A stretch of 64,000 nt of DNA from Octopus vulgaris (Eukaryota), in the NCBI GenBank assembly GCA_951406725.2, contig OX597825.1, positions 54,250,001 through 54,314,000 on the forward strand, written 5' to 3'. A model generated the notes under the pieces. That model saw only the letters and a program-made list of their open reading frames with translations. It was not told where the DNA came from and made no database searches. This document shows, piece by piece, positions 41,192 to 54,727 of the stretch; position 1 is the stretch's first letter; each line of letters starts with the position of its first letter. A program made the position numbers and the translations under genes.

Positions 41192-41722
41192 TTGTCCGAT
41201 GATGATTCATAATACAACTGTTATATGCTGTCGTCTGGTTGTGTTTTGTTAAGAAACTGGCTTTGTAACACTGTCGTTTCGGGATCAGTCTCACTAACGT
41301 CTCAAGAAGTGTCTTCAGCCTCTCTAGTCTCTTCTTCTATAGATCCGTGCTTAACGAATTCGTTAGACTGAAACTGTGCAGGAGTTGTCGTGTTTACGTA
41401 TTTATGATTAAATATGTGTATACGTGTGTGTGTGTCCGTGTGTGTATGTGTTTGTGTGCGTGTGTGCGTGTGCGTGCCTGAATGCGCGCGTATGTGTGCA
41501 TGGATGTATCTTTGGTTTCTCCACACCAACATCACTTGGCAAATTGTTGATTTGTTTACGCCCCCATAAACTTGTAGTTCGCACAAAGATCTCCAGCAGA
41601 ATAAGTCCCTGAATTCAGATCAGTACTTAGGCAGATCGGTACTTAGGCTGTTATCTATCCAATAACTAATGAAGGTAAAAATAAAGTTTGTATAGATATG
41701 TGTGTGTGTATACACATACCTA

Positions 41723-42114
41723 GTAGAGAGGAAGCACACCGTCGGTTACGACGATAAGGGTTCCGGTTGATCCGAATCAACGGAACAGCCTGCTCGTGAA
41801 ATTAACGTGTAAGTGGCTGAGCACTCCACAGACACGTGCACCCTTAACGTAGTTCTCGGGTATATTCAGCGTGACACAGAGAGTGACAAGGCCGGCCCCT
41901 TGAAATACAGGTACAACAGAAACAGGAAGTAAGTGTGAGAGAAAGTTGTGGTGAATGAGTACAGCAGGGATCACCACCATCCCCTGCCGGAGCCTCGTGG
42001 AACTTTTAGGTGTTTTCGCTCAATAAACACTCACAACGCCCGGTCTGGGAATCGAAACCGCGATCCTATGACCGCGAGTCCGCTGCCCTAACCACTGGGC
42101 CATTGCGCCTCCAC
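41723..42114 (-). mobile_element. Full-length family C tRNA-derived SINE with 12-bp TSD
   Basis: Minus-strand head GGAGGCGCAATGGCCCAGTGGTTAGGGCAGCGGACTCGCGGTCATAGGATCGCGGTTTCGATTCCC (A and B boxes); TACACATACCTA at 41711-41722 and 42115-42126. Confidence 0.92.
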
Positions 42115-42251
42115 TACACATACCTATGCACACACATATATATATTATATATTCCTACATATGTACATGTATCTCCGTGTGTGTGTGAATATACACGGCA
42201 GGTAATGACATTAGTATTTTATATTCACATAGTTTATAATATAGAAATAAA

Positions 42252-42625
42252 ATTCAATGATTCCTCAGGTGCTGTCTGCCACCTTGACAGCTTAGCCTTT
42301 TATTTGTCTGAGTACAGTTCATTCTGATGGACACAATCGGGAAGATTTATTTAACTGAATACCACACTATGGCCCGTTCATAAATTCACGAATTAATATT
42401 TCTAAGCGGAGAAACAAAAGATAAAATTAATGTCACTCGAAGATAGCATTAGCAGCCTATGTCTCAATGGAGTATTCTCTGTTAATGTGAAGAATATTCC
42501 GACACATCATTTTTATCAAGAATTATTTCTCAGTCTTTCTAACTACCTATTTTATGCACGTATGTGTATCTATGGGTGTGTCCGTGTCTATGTGTGTGAG
42601 TGTGTTTATGCTTATGTATGTATAC

Positions 42626-42696
<71 letters not shown>

Positions 42697-42786
42697 TAAA
42701 TATATATATATACATATATATATGTGTGTGTGTGTATGTGTGTGTGCGTTTGTGTGTGTGCGTTTGTGTGTGTGCGTTTGTGTGTG

Positions 42787-42819
<33 letters not shown>

Positions 42820-42935
42820 GCATATATATGTATATATATATATATATATATACATAATGAAATTCAGATCTTATTTTATATTTACCACCACATGCAATCT
42901 CCCTCGGAATTATCCACCTATACAAACACACACAC

Positions 42936-42981
<46 letters not shown>

Positions 42982-43012
42982 GTTTGCCTCTTGTTTTTCT
43001 GTAAATTACAAT

Positions 43013-43063
<51 letters not shown>

Positions 43064-43377
43064 ATTTTTTGCGTAATGAGATAGAGGAGATACCAATGTG
43101 TAGTAGTAGCTTATATATTTTCTCAGAATACTTAACACAGCTATTTCCTTAATTCTTCATATGTTTGCCTCACAATTAGAAGCTACTACTACACATTGGT
43201 ATTTCCTCTACCTCTTAAGCCCCCCTCCCATTTAAGAGAATCTTACGTTGCTTATAAACTCTATATTTGGATGAACTCATATTAAACTCTGTTGAACTTT
43301 TGGATTTTACTCAAAGGATGTTGGAATATTGCATGTATACCATTATGCCTATAAAACAGATAAATATATATATATGT

Positions 43378-43412
<35 letters not shown>

Positions 43413-43662
43413 TATATATATATATATATATATATAGATAGATAGATAGATAGATAGATATAGATATATATATATATAGATAGATAGATAGACAGATAGA
43501 TACCTTCGTATCTATATACATACACACTCACATATATATGCATACACAAAAACATACATACATACATACTTACATACATCATACATACATACATACATAC
43601 TTACATACATCATACATACATACATTCAATGATTCCTCAGGTGTTGTCTGCCACCTTGACAG
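42252..43662 (+). mobile_element. Duplicated segment, copy 2, bounded by 39-bp direct repeats
   Basis: ATTCAATGATTCCTCAGGTG(C/T)TGTCTGCCACCTTGACAG at 42252-42290 and 43624-43662; the interior is homologous to 35973-36845. Confidence 0.75.
43078..43214. repeat. Inverted repeat, 35-bp arms (33/35 match), 67-nt spacer
   Basis: GAGATAGAGGAGATACCAATGTGTAGTAGTAGCTT versus AAGCTACTACTACACATTGGTATTTCCTCTACCTC. Confidence 0.9.
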
Positions 43663-44829
43663 GTGTGCTTGCTGTAGCAGTCTCTCTTCGATTCTATTCA
43701 CTGACATGATTCTTGCTCTATGAGCTATACGTGTTGTTCTAGGCCATCTATTAGTTTATCAATCAACCCCACTATCACACTATCAAGATTTACCACCTTG
43801 CTCCGTACAATAATTTTTCTCATTCGATATTGTTCGTTTAGTGCAAAGTAATAGCAGAATCGTTAGAACAGATGTAAACTATTATAAAACGCAGTATTTC
43901 TTCTGGCTCTTGAAGCTCTATGTTCAAATCCCACCGACAGCAATGTTAGGTGTCATCTTTTGGAGTCGATGAGATAAATTTCAAGTCAAGAAGCGCTGCT
44001 AGCGTTTATCATCTGACATTAAATTTGCTAACTTTGTGTGTTTAAGTCAACTATTATTTCTTTTTCCTCTTGTTTTTTTTTTTTCATTTTACATGGCATA
44101 TTGTTACATAATCGTTACATCATATTTGCTTCTGGCATATATATTCTGTGTACAAGTTACGCAGATGTCATCTTTAGATGTCATTTTTCCAGAGCTGATA
44201 AATCAAAATACTAGTTAAGTTCTGGGGTCAATGGTATCAACGTACCCCTTGTCACACAATTTCTGACATCATATCTAAATGAGTAATAATTCTTATATTT
44301 CATTTCCTCATTTTCACTGCAGAATTTCAACATTCTCTTTATTTTAAAGGTTATATATTGCTGTTGTTCCAATATCAATTTTTTTTACGCTCTCCACATT
44401 TACACCGCCGGTACCTAATGACAATCTCGATATTTTTTAACAAAATGTACTGTACAAATTACGTAGTAATTAACAGACACTCAAAGATACTCCGTTGACG
44501 GTTTGTAACAGCAAAATAGGGCTAACTTACCTTAGGATGTGCAGAGAAAGATGAGGTCAAGTCCATCATGCGACAATCCCATGTGTTGTCTGCAGCGGTT
44601 GCCAGAACACGTCGTGCTTATTTTAGAATTTTCCATTTATTTAGGATAATTTTGAAATTTTAGAGTTTATCGCAATTCTCATCTGAGACATGTCTATGAA
44701 AAGACCCTTTATGAATGTGTGTAGATGAGCTATAAATTATAATAAAGAACATATATTTAGGTTGCGAGAGGTAGTTCAGAACGAAGTTGGTACTTTAACA
44801 AAACAACTTTAATGATGCTAAAAGCAAAG

Positions 44830-45760
44830 GTACTTTAATAAAAGTTCATGCACACATTCTCGATAAAGTCTTTCATAAGATTAAATAGAGTCTTAGCTTC
44901 GATAACTGCATCAATTCAGTAGCAGAATCGTTGACATGCTTGCACTAAGTGTTCCTCATTTCCTGGGTTTCTTGTGAGAGTTTCACTCGGAGTCCATACG
45001 ATTGAAACGTGGCGACTTTGGAGGCAACGAGCTTGGTATTCCATGAGATCGTGAAGGTTGTCTGACATCCTCTCTGGGTTTACGTTGGCATTTTGAGAAG
45101 GCGCTAAGAGCTTTTGAAGTACCTCGGGTCTTCCACTGTGTACTTTATCAATTCAGAGCTTAACACCTCTTCCCAGCCCTCAACTTATCCAGTAGTCTTA
45201 ATCGTCAGACACTGCAGAAATGTGTGAGTTGGTATGATATGATCTTCGAGACTAACAACTCCTAAAAGCATCACAGTTGCTGGAAATTTTGCGTACATCA
45301 GTCTAGAAACGTCAGAAGGAGCAGCAATTTAGACAGTTGTCATTTCTGGAAATAATATTTCGATCTAGATCGAAGTTTTACTTATCAGAGAAAAAATAAT
45401 GCTGGCCATGTTAGTGAAATATTTGCCTCGCTGAATAACCGCTAAGTACAAATCAAACAGTTTTCCAGAGTCGTTGCAGAAATCAACTGACCTCTCCTCA
45501 TTATATCGAAGTTGTATCGCATGGCTGAGTGTACTACATTTTTTATTTTCTACTCGACACCAAAAATACTTTGGCTACAGCCCTCATTGATTTTCCGAGA
45601 TCGTCATCGATGTTTTGAACATGTTGGATGAATGAGTATTTTATAGTATCTGTACGGTTAGAACGTAGTTTTCTTCTCTTTAACATTCATTACAGAAGTT
45701 TCCACTTCCATCCAAGGTCTGTGTACGTTATTTTCTTACTACACTTACAGGGGTGGCAAT
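44830..45760 (-). mobile_element. Tc1/mariner-superfamily (maT/DD37D-like) transposase relic
   Basis: Minus-strand fragments IIFFSDK, MYAKFPATVMLLGVVS and LPPKSPRFNRMDS (cf. FFSDEK, FPASVMV.GVVS, WPPNSPDLNPMDY); heavily disrupted. Confidence 0.65.
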
Positions 45761-45883
45761 TTCTAAATCGCTATATTCTGGCAGAAATGACTGCATGAAC
45801 TTTCATTTCTTGCATTTTATCTCCCATGGGGTCTCTGTGTCTCTCGTTATCTATCTATTCATCTATCTCTCTATCTCTCTCTT

Positions 45884-45916
<33 letters not shown>

Positions 45917-45922
<6 letters not shown>

Positions 45923-46835
45923 GTCATACCATGAATAATGCAGTGTTCATTTGCATGAACTAAAAGTCGGAGCGGAACGGGATAACCTACCTGCATCAAC
46001 TTGCTCTAGAAGCAGGTAGTCATTTTCCACTTTTCCTTCTTTTTGGTGCAAGTTTTGAGAGTGCATTTCGAAAAAGTTAGAAAATTGGGTCAGTGGGTTT
46101 CTCACAAACTTTCTGAGTCTAATCGCGAGCAGAGAGTGAATGAGTGCTCTTCTCTGCTGACACGTCTCAAGAATGGACCTCGTCCAGGTCGAATAGTGAC
46201 TGATTACGAGAAATGAGTTCTCTATAAAAATGTCAAGCGCCGAAGACAGTGGGTAGGGAAAGGACAAACACTGTTACCCCAGGCAAAAAAGGTCTTCACC
46301 CATGTAAGGTATTGTAATCTTTTCGGAGGGAATAAAAGATTTAGTCCACTATGAACTTTCAAAAACAAAACAAACGATAACAAAGGAGATCTATTGTGAG
46401 CATCTTGAGCCGCTTAAGTCAGCTCTAGAAGAAAAAAAACGACCGTCTTTGGTTTCAAGACGAAAGGTGTTCTTCCATCAGGATAATGCTCTGCCACATA
46501 CAGCAAGGATGACATTCCAATGGCTGGAGCAGTTTGAATAGGAAACGATGACCCACCCACCATATTCACCCCAATGATTACCATTTATTCCGCAGTCTTC
46601 AAAATCATTAGGACGAAAAAAATATTTATTCGGTAGATGAGGTCAGAACAATACTGGAAGAGTATTTTTTGTCACAGGAAAGTGAATTTTGGAAGAGTGT
46701 CCTTGCAAGTCTACCAAATAGATGAAAGAACATTGTAGAAAATGGATGAGAGTATATTTTAGATTAAAAAATAATGTTATCTTAATTTTGAAAACTAAAA
46801 GAAGTATAAAATACCGCATATATGAGATGCATTCC
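45917..46835 (+). mobile_element. Mariner (DD34D) transposase relic
   Basis: LGQWVSHKLSE (cf. WVPHEL), RIVTDYEK*VLYKN, VHYELSKTKQTITKEIYCEHL, VFFHQDNALPHTA, HPPYSP and DYHLFRSLQNH. Begins TATTGGGTCATACCAT beside (TA)n. Confidence 0.9.
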
Positions 46836-46929
46836 AGATGTCTTGAGACTCTTTTAGGAAATATATTATATTATTGTAAATTTATTATATCATTGTTGTA
46901 CGCCAAATAAGCTGATGTGGTGACTTTTG

Positions 46930-47595
46930 TTTTTCCAAATTGAAGGAGAAAGTTGTAAGAATACTTTGAACACAACCTGCTAAACACCGCTTGTCACGGC
47001 TGACTAGTTTGAAAAGTATTGTCGGGATATGGCAGACAATTTGGAAGCTCTCTATACAATAGAGTTCTGTGTTACACTCGGCAAAGAGTTTATAGAAACT
47101 TATGAAATGCTTCAAACAGCTTATGATTTGTATGAGTCATAAGGGGCTAGGCAAAGCAAATCCACCGGAATGTTCATAAAGATAACCCTTTTGGACCGCA
47201 ATTATCTATATCCTCCAGGTTCCCTCTCACCAGACTATCAATAAGGAGTACTTTGGGAAGATTTTGAAGGAGATTGTGTTGCAAAAGGCAGATGCGGTCC
47301 ACAATTCCATCCTCTTAAGAAATTACCTGACAGAGATGAGTATCAAAACTCTCACTTACCCTACCTACTGGTCAGACCTTATACTCCGTGACCTTTGGTT
47401 ATTCCCCAAGCTGAAAGAGATGTGACAAGGGTCCTGGACATATTCACTTTCGAGGAGTTCTGTGGTCCTTCACGAAATGGGTAGATTACTCCGAGAAGCG
47501 CATTGAAGTTAAGGGTTCTTACGTTGAAGGAGATTAGTATTTTGCCCTTTTTTAAATTAACCGTTCCTACTGAAAAAAGTCTTTTTTCTGGTAGG
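46930..47595 (+). mobile_element. Second mariner relic, internally deleted (different subfamily)
   Basis: IEFCVTLGKEFIETYEMLQTAY (N-terminal HTH), QTINKEYFGKILKE and TYPTYWSDLILRDLWLFPKLKE (cf. HPPYSPDLAPCDFWLFPKLK). Confidence 0.75.
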
Positions 47596-48294
47596 GACCT
47601 TGTGTGTGCATGTGTGTTTATGTGTGTGTACATATATACATATATATATATATATGTATGTATGTGTGTCCATGTGTAAAAAGTTTCACCATACGGCCTA
47701 GAGTTTCATACCGAAGTTTGACGAGTGCCTTGAGCAGGAACTTTCTAATAAAATAAATTCATATTCTGTTTTATAGACCAGTCTGTCGGCGGTTGTTTTG
47801 CTAGTTAGAATGTATTTCAATACCCCGGGTTTCTTTTCAAAATAGAGAATCAGGAACGAAGTATCAGTTTGTGTATTTTGACTTTAGCTGACGACTTCCA
47901 CGAATTCCATTCAAGTTTCAATGTCTAAGAATCAGGATGTGTTACAGAAATGCAGCAGTGAACAGTTGCGTATATACACTTTTTTTTTTCATCTAACATA
48001 AATACTCACATTAAACTCTAACACCAATATTGAATAATATTCTCTTCTGTATTTTACAGCTAATGAATGTGTTTGTGAGTGTGTGTCTATGTGTGTGTAT
48101 GTGTGTGTGTATGCGTGCGTGCGTGCGTGTGCATATTCATAAGGCAGATTGGATTGTCTTAGCAATTCATGTCACATTTCATGATGTGGTGACCTATGAA
48201 TTCTATTTATATATAGTAATTATACGTGTATCTATAACTACGTATATATGTACACATAAATGCTAATAATATATATACTATATATGCACATAAA

Positions 48295-48329
<35 letters not shown>

Positions 48330-48639
48330 TATATGTATGTATATGCACTTTCTTGAAATTATGAGACTCTGGAAACTTCCAAAATGATAGCGTATTCATT
48401 TCGGGAACGGTGAATCTCGGACCAAATAACGCTATAACTAAAAGTGTGTAGGATATTTGGACCAAAACCATTAAGATAGAAAAAGAAAGTTGGTTCAACT
48501 TTCACGGGCAGCCTTTAATGCTTTCTATCGAAAAGGTTTTTACAATATTTATACGCAATTAATTATAGCATTATTTGCTTCGAAAATCCTCAAATGGATT
48601 ATTTCCCGTCCTCAAAATTTGCAAATATTAATGATTCCA

Positions 48640-48641
48640 AC

Positions 48642-48702
<61 letters not shown>

Positions 48703-49000
48703 TGTGTGTGTGTGAGTGTGTGTGTGTATACATCTATATATATATATATATGTGTGTATGTACATATACATATTTGTATGTATATATATATATATATATA
48801 TGTATTCGTATATATATATATATATATATATGTATGCGCATATATATATATATTTATTTGTATATAGATACATATATATATACATACATGTATATATATA
48901 TATACTTATATATGTATATGAATATGTACACACACACACATATATATATATACATGTATACATGCATACATACATTTAATCATATATACGTGCGTATGTA
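48640..49000. repeat. Compound (TA)n/(TG)n microsatellite
   Basis: Direct tandem repeats. Confidence 0.9.
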
Positions 49001-49460
49001 TGTGGTCAAAGAGTCATTGAAGAATTATCATATAAACGCCCTCAAATTCGAAACTATTTCAAGTTTGTCTGCGGCACTTATTACTCAAAGAATTGCCACC
49101 GGAATTATAACTTTACCAAACGTATAATTAAATTAAAGGAATCGTTATTACACAAATATATAAATACATAGTTATTATTGTGGTTAGTTTGGGCGGTAAG
49201 CATCTGAAAATGTAGAGAGTCGAAATACGTAATTATGTCACATTTCATTTTCAGTTCAAATAGCGTCCTATCTGTGTTTTCTTTTTAAACTTCTAAGCTC
49301 AATAGAATATTAATCAAGTTGTTATAACTGTGTGTATTTTCACCACCAAAATTCGTGCTATTTGAGCTGACAGAATCGAAAGCGCATCGGACGTCAAGCA
49401 ATCTGCTTAGTATCAGTTGTTCCTAATCTTTACGTTCTGAGTTATAGATCTACGTAAGAT

Positions 49461-49763
49461 GTAGGCATGAATGAGTTGCTGCAAGCTTGCTTTGTAGTCA
49501 CAGGGTTTCGAGTTCTGCTTCACTGCGTGGCACCTTGGCCCAGCCAATACCAGGTGAGTTGATTTGGCAGACGGGAACTGAAAGAAACCATTCGTGTGTA
49601 TATGCGATTGTGCGTGTGTGTGTGTAGCCCGCATGTACATGTGTGTTTCTACACTACCGCCGCTTGACTAACGGTTATCGTTTGTTCACGTCCCTGTAAT
49701 TTACCGGCTCCCCAAAAAGGAGGCCGAAAGAATAGGTAGTAGTACTGCAATCGATTTGTTCGG
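49461..49763 (+). mobile_element. Degenerate family A SINE
   Basis: CACTGCGTGGCACCTTGG..GATTTGGCAGACGGGAACTGAAAGAAACC. Confidence 0.7.
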
Positions 49764-49767
49764 ATTC

Positions 49768-49985
49768 TGTTGAATCGTTAGGATGCCGGGCAAAATGCTT
49801 TGCGACATTTCGTCCGTCCTTATGTTGTGAGATCAAATTCCGCCGGGGTCAACTTTGCCTTTCATCATTTCGGGGTCGATAAATCAAGTACTAATGTAAC
49901 ACTGGGATCGATATAATCAACTCGTTCTCTCTCCCAAAACGGCTGCTCTTGTGGCAAAATTTGAAACCATTATTATTATTATTAT
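49768..49985 (+). mobile_element. Family B SINE with (TTA)n tail
   Basis: AAATTCCGCCGGGGTCAACTTTGCCTTTCATCATTTCGGGGTCGATAAA core. Confidence 0.85.
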
Positions 49986-49986
49986 A

Positions 49987-50205
49987 AGGTAATGGGCTGG
50001 CAGATTTGCTAACCTACTGGACTAAATACTTGGCAGATTTTCTTCTAGCTTTACGTTTTGAGTTCAACTTCCGCCGAGGTCAACATTGCTCTTCTCCTTT
50101 CGAGGTCGATAAAATAACTACCAGCTGCGTAGTGGAATCAATATAATCGACTACCCACTCTCTACAATTTTCAATCTTTGTGCCTATATTAAAACAGATT
50201 ATTGT
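49987..50205 (+). mobile_element. Family B SINE, tandem to the previous copy
   Basis: GAGTTCAACTTCCGCCGAGGTCAACATTGC..CCTTTCGAGGTCGATAAAA. Confidence 0.8.
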
Positions 50206-50456
50206 TATCGTTTTCTCTTTACCACAAGTTTTGTTGGAGCTACCTGCACACTACGGTACCATGCTATTCGTTCTTTTCAGCCATCTGATACACTCCTGAT
50301 TATTTTGGCCGTGCCAGGGAGGCAAATCTTTTGTAACAGTTCTACTGTGCACTCTGTTCCAACTTCCTTTATATTCCTCTTAATGCCTTCTGATATTGTT
50401 CCCAATGACCCAACAATAATCGGCACTATCTTCACCTTCTTCGTTTTGCATACCAT
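50206..50456 (-). mobile_element. R4/Dong-like (restriction-like endonuclease) LINE 3' relic
   Basis: Minus frame KTKKVKIVPIIVGSLGTISEGIKRNIKEVGTECTVELLQKICLPGTAKIIRSVSDG* matches the VVPIIIGALG...LQK..LLGTA.I.R.V terminal motif. Confidence 0.8.
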
Positions 50457-51607
50457 AGACTATTTCGTACTTAAGAGGCTTGTATCTATCTATCTATCTT
50501 TTCACCTATCTTCATCATCTCACCAACATTATAACCATCAAGATCATGTGTGTGCTGAGTCAAGTATATTACAAGGTTGCGACGTTTTTCGTTCCATTCA
50601 TGTAAATTGAACGTTGCGCTGATTCAACGATTCGAGAGTTTCAAAAGTTATTTTGCCTATTCACGAACATATGGACCATTACAACGGCAACAGCAAAAGG
50701 TACGAAACATACAAACACAACAAGTGATTATTTCTTGTGATGGCTGCGTTCCACTGATCTATAATGCAAAATAAAAACATTTTTTTGAATTTAAATAATA
50801 AAAATAAAGATTTCTGAATATTTTGTCTCCAGACCTTTCTATAAGTATAATTTGTTTTATCAGCATAGCTGCGATAATTAAGAGAGTGATTCCCCAATGG
50901 GAGGAAGCATGTTATTCTAAGACTCCAGACCTGGTTATAATGGCCTGTAATCTACTCAGCCAGTTGATGGTGTTAAGCTATGACAGCGCCACGTGTTGCA
51001 CAATGAGATCGAAACAAGAATCACGTGACTGGGAGGTAAACGTCTGAAATTTTCGACTACGTCATGTAAATGCAGAAAACAACATACATACACACATATA
51101 CATCTGATATGTGTGTGGGTGTGTGTGTGTATGTATGTGTGCGTTTAGGTATACATAAACGTGTGTGTGTATCCCATTTTTATCATCAAACTGTGTTATA
51201 TCATGGTGGAGTTGATTCAAGTGAGAGGTGTCAATAGCGAAAAGTGACCATTCCGTAGAGTATAACCTCTACATATCAAAGAGAATATATTAATCAGAAA
51301 CGCCTTTCAAATAATGGATTTAGAACAAAAGAATAGTAAAAAGAGGAAAAGTGGCAAAAATATTTGTTCAAAATTTATGGAACTAGTACGATAATGTATG
51401 CGTGTATATAGGAAGGGACATATGTATGTTAAATATATGAATACATATGCATGTGCGTGTGTGTGTGAGTATATGTGTGTGAGTGTGTGTGCATGTGTGT
51501 GTGCATGTGTGTGTGTTTGTTTATTTTAGAATACAGAAGCCCAACAAATACCACGTATTCACATGCACACACATACAAATGAACTCAGGCATACACGCTC
51601 ACATAAA

Positions 51608-51609
51608 TA

Positions 51610-51673
<64 letters not shown>
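51608..51673. repeat. (TTA)n microsatellite
   Basis: Direct tandem repeat. Confidence 0.95.
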
Positions 51674-51676
<3 letters not shown>

Positions 51677-52218
51677 TTATGTTACTCCAACGAAATGTGT
51701 TGATACCTTTTCATTCGCTTGTTCAGTCATATATATATATATGTATATATACATAAGAAATATGTAACTGTTGATGTGTTCTAATAGAACAGTATTTCTA
51801 CTTACATTTCTTTCAGTGCAGTGTCGACTTTATGGTGATCGAACACAGTACCATGTGCAAATAAGTAACTGAAGCAGTCAATAGCTTTGTCTCCAAATAG
51901 TCGAAGTTAACTGACTGTAACCAAAAACACAATTAAATAGTACGACTGTATGCAAAGACACCACAGTAGTTATAATAAATTGTTAACGGATAAACACATA
52001 ATTGTTCCCTTGCGAACAGGACCGTGCGTATATATGCTTGTAGTATGTATATACAAAGCAACTTTCAAGGACAATAGTGGTTTATTGTGACGGAAAGTTG
52101 TGGATATTTTACTTATCAAAGTACGATGAATTGGAAGGAGTACTTTTTATATTTCAAGGTTCTTTCTACATTTCACTAGGGTTGCCGGCTGTAACCCGGA
52201 TCTTATCTCTCTCTCTCC

Positions 52219-52284
<66 letters not shown>

Positions 52285-52299
52285 ATATATATATATCGT

Positions 52300-52650
52300 G
52301 ATACTCCGTCAGTTCCGTTCAACGGAACAGCCTGCTCGTGAAATTAACGTGCAAGCGGCTGAGCACTGCACAGACACGTATACCTTTAACGTAGTTCTCG
52401 AAGAAATTCAGCGTGAAACAGAGTGTAACAAGGCTAGCTCTTTGAAAAACAGGTGCAACAGAAACGGGAAAAATCAGTGACAGAAAGTTGTGGTGAAAGA
52501 GTACAGCAGGGATTGCTACCACACCCGCCGGAGCCTCGTGGGGCTTCGAGACACATTCACTCAATAGCCACAAACAACGCCCAGTCAGGAAATCGAAACT
52601 GCGATCCTACGTCCGCGAGTCTTCTGCCCTTACCACTGGGCCATTGCGAC
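52300..52650 (-). mobile_element. Family C SINE
   Basis: Colinear with 41723-42114 (AACGGAACAGCCTGCTCGTGAAATTAACGTG..CCACTGGGCCATTGCG). Confidence 0.88.
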
Positions 52651-52694
52651 TGCACACACACACACATACGTACATATATGTGTGTATGTGTGTG

Positions 52695-52726
<32 letters not shown>

Positions 52727-52902
52727 TATATCTATACATATATACCTATATATACACACACATACACACATACATATATATATACACACACAAATATATA
52801 CACAAATATATATGTATATATATACATACATACATATCTTTATATATGTATATATATACATATATATATATGTATGTATGTATATATATATATATATATA
52901 TA

Positions 52903-53723
52903 CAGCGTGCGGTGAATGAATTTTCGTCTAAATTACGCAAAAATGAAAATAACAGGCATCTCATTTTAATAGATATATTTACAAAAATAACATAAAAATA
53001 TCTTGAAATACCAAAGAGTAAATTTATTCAATAAAATCGCCATTGGTTTCAATTAGTGCCTCCAGACAACATTTGAATCTCCTGCAACTCTTCTGGGCGG
53101 TCTTTTTGGTAAGTTGGTGAATGCTGCCATCATTCTTGCTTTCAATTCATATTTGATGTTACAATGAGTTTTGTATGTCTCTTGATCAACTGCGCCTCAC
53201 ACATAATAATCAAGGGTCTTGCAGTCTGGGGAGTTAGATGGCCATTTTTAGGGATGATGTGGTCGCTGAAATTGTCTGACAGTCATGACTGGGTTCTCCT
53301 GCGGGTGTGGAATGTTGCAGAGTCCTGTTGCCAGACATAGTGTCTTCCAGTAGCCACTCTCTTGACCCAAAGCAGCACTTCCCCATCCAGGTACTTGATA
53401 TTGGCCTCATTGTTGAGTCTGAGGCCTCATTGTTGGGAAGATGAATAGAGGCATAACGTCGCCATCACTAGTTATCACTGCAAACACCATGATGCTGTCC
53501 TCAGATTGACACCCAAACACTCTGAATTGTTCGTATTGGAACTTACGGCGTTAATGCCAAACAGTACTTCATGTAATTTCCAAATTGCGTCATGGTACTG
53601 TTTTTCTCACAAACATTGCCCTGCTGCTCCTACTATACTGTGTATTTGAGAAAATCACAAGCAGAAATGCGCATGCGCGAAATTAAAAATATATAATGGC
53701 GATAGTTTACCCATCGCAGCCTG
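52903..53723 (-). mobile_element. Internally deleted maT/DD37D-like DNA transposon with imperfect TIRs
   Basis: Ends TA|CAGCGTGCGGTGAATGAA and TTTACCCATCGCAGCCTG|TA. Minus strand reads VWQQDSATFHT, WPSNSPDCKTLDYYV*GAV and [14 protein letters not shown]. Confidence 0.85.
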
Positions 53724-53995
53724 TATATAATGTATGCATACATATATATAATTATCTAATGCATGTATGTGTGTGTGTGTGTTCATATACATGTGTATGT
53801 ATATGTAAATATGTATATGTATGGATGTATTCTGGACTCTCTCTTCGAAGACAACGTATGTGTCAGTGTTTACTGAACGATTTATTCACATTGATCAAAT
53901 GTATGTGCTGTATATTAACTTTCTCCATCAAATCGACATTGCCTGTACAGGTGCACAAGTCCGTCACGAATCAGATGTGGAAATAATCGTGTATG

Positions 53996-54033
<38 letters not shown>

Positions 54034-54035
<2 letters not shown>

Positions 54036-54245
54036 GAAATATACAGAAATATAAGAGACGAAGAGAGGTGTATAAACAAAAGGCAGTTATATTAGTTTGA
54101 CGCTCGGGATGGTGAGAAAGTATTTTACGTTTCGAGTCTACGCTCTTTAAAAGAAAGGAACATGAGGAGGAAAAGCAAAGGAGAGAGAGAGAGAAAAGCA
54201 AAGTAACAAGTACGGATTAAGAGAAAACAGATTAAGGAAAACCAT
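54034..54245 (-). mobile_element. Probable Penelope-like terminal fragment
   Basis: TTGACGCTCGGGA..TTTACGTTTCGAGTCTACGCTCTT parallels TGGACGCTCAGGA..TTAACGTTTCGAGCGGAGCTCTT at 31930-31985; adjacent to (TA)n. Confidence 0.45.
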
Positions 54246-54468
54246 ATATACATATGTGTATATGTGTCTGTGTGTGTGTACATATAGATATACATATATA
54301 CATATAGATAGATACATATATATGTGTATAATAGTACCCACAGAGTTGAGTATAAGTATACGTATGAATAACTATATATATGCATATATATCTATATATG
54401 TGTGTGCGTGTGCGTGTGTGTATGTATGTTTGTATGTATGTATATATATATATATATAAATAGATAAG

Positions 54469-54507
<39 letters not shown>

Positions 54508-54663
54508 TACATACATATATATTTATGTGCATATATATATAGGTGCGTGTGTATGCTTGTGTATGTGTCTGCATATATACGCACACACACACACACATAT
54601 ATACGCTATGTAGAAAAGAATACATACATGCATGAGAACATGTGTGTGTGTCTGTGTGTGTAC

Positions 54664-54727
<64 letters not shown>

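Noticed and set aside
42040-42113. tRNA-like sequence on the minus strand
   Set aside because: It is the head of a TSD-flanked SINE, continuous with the SINE body and present in other copies; no proper acceptor stem.
44525-44625. Minus-strand consensus donor AAG|GTAAGT with a short open frame (MMDLTSSFSAHPK)
   Set aside because: No convincing acceptor or homology; such donors occur by chance in 64 kb.
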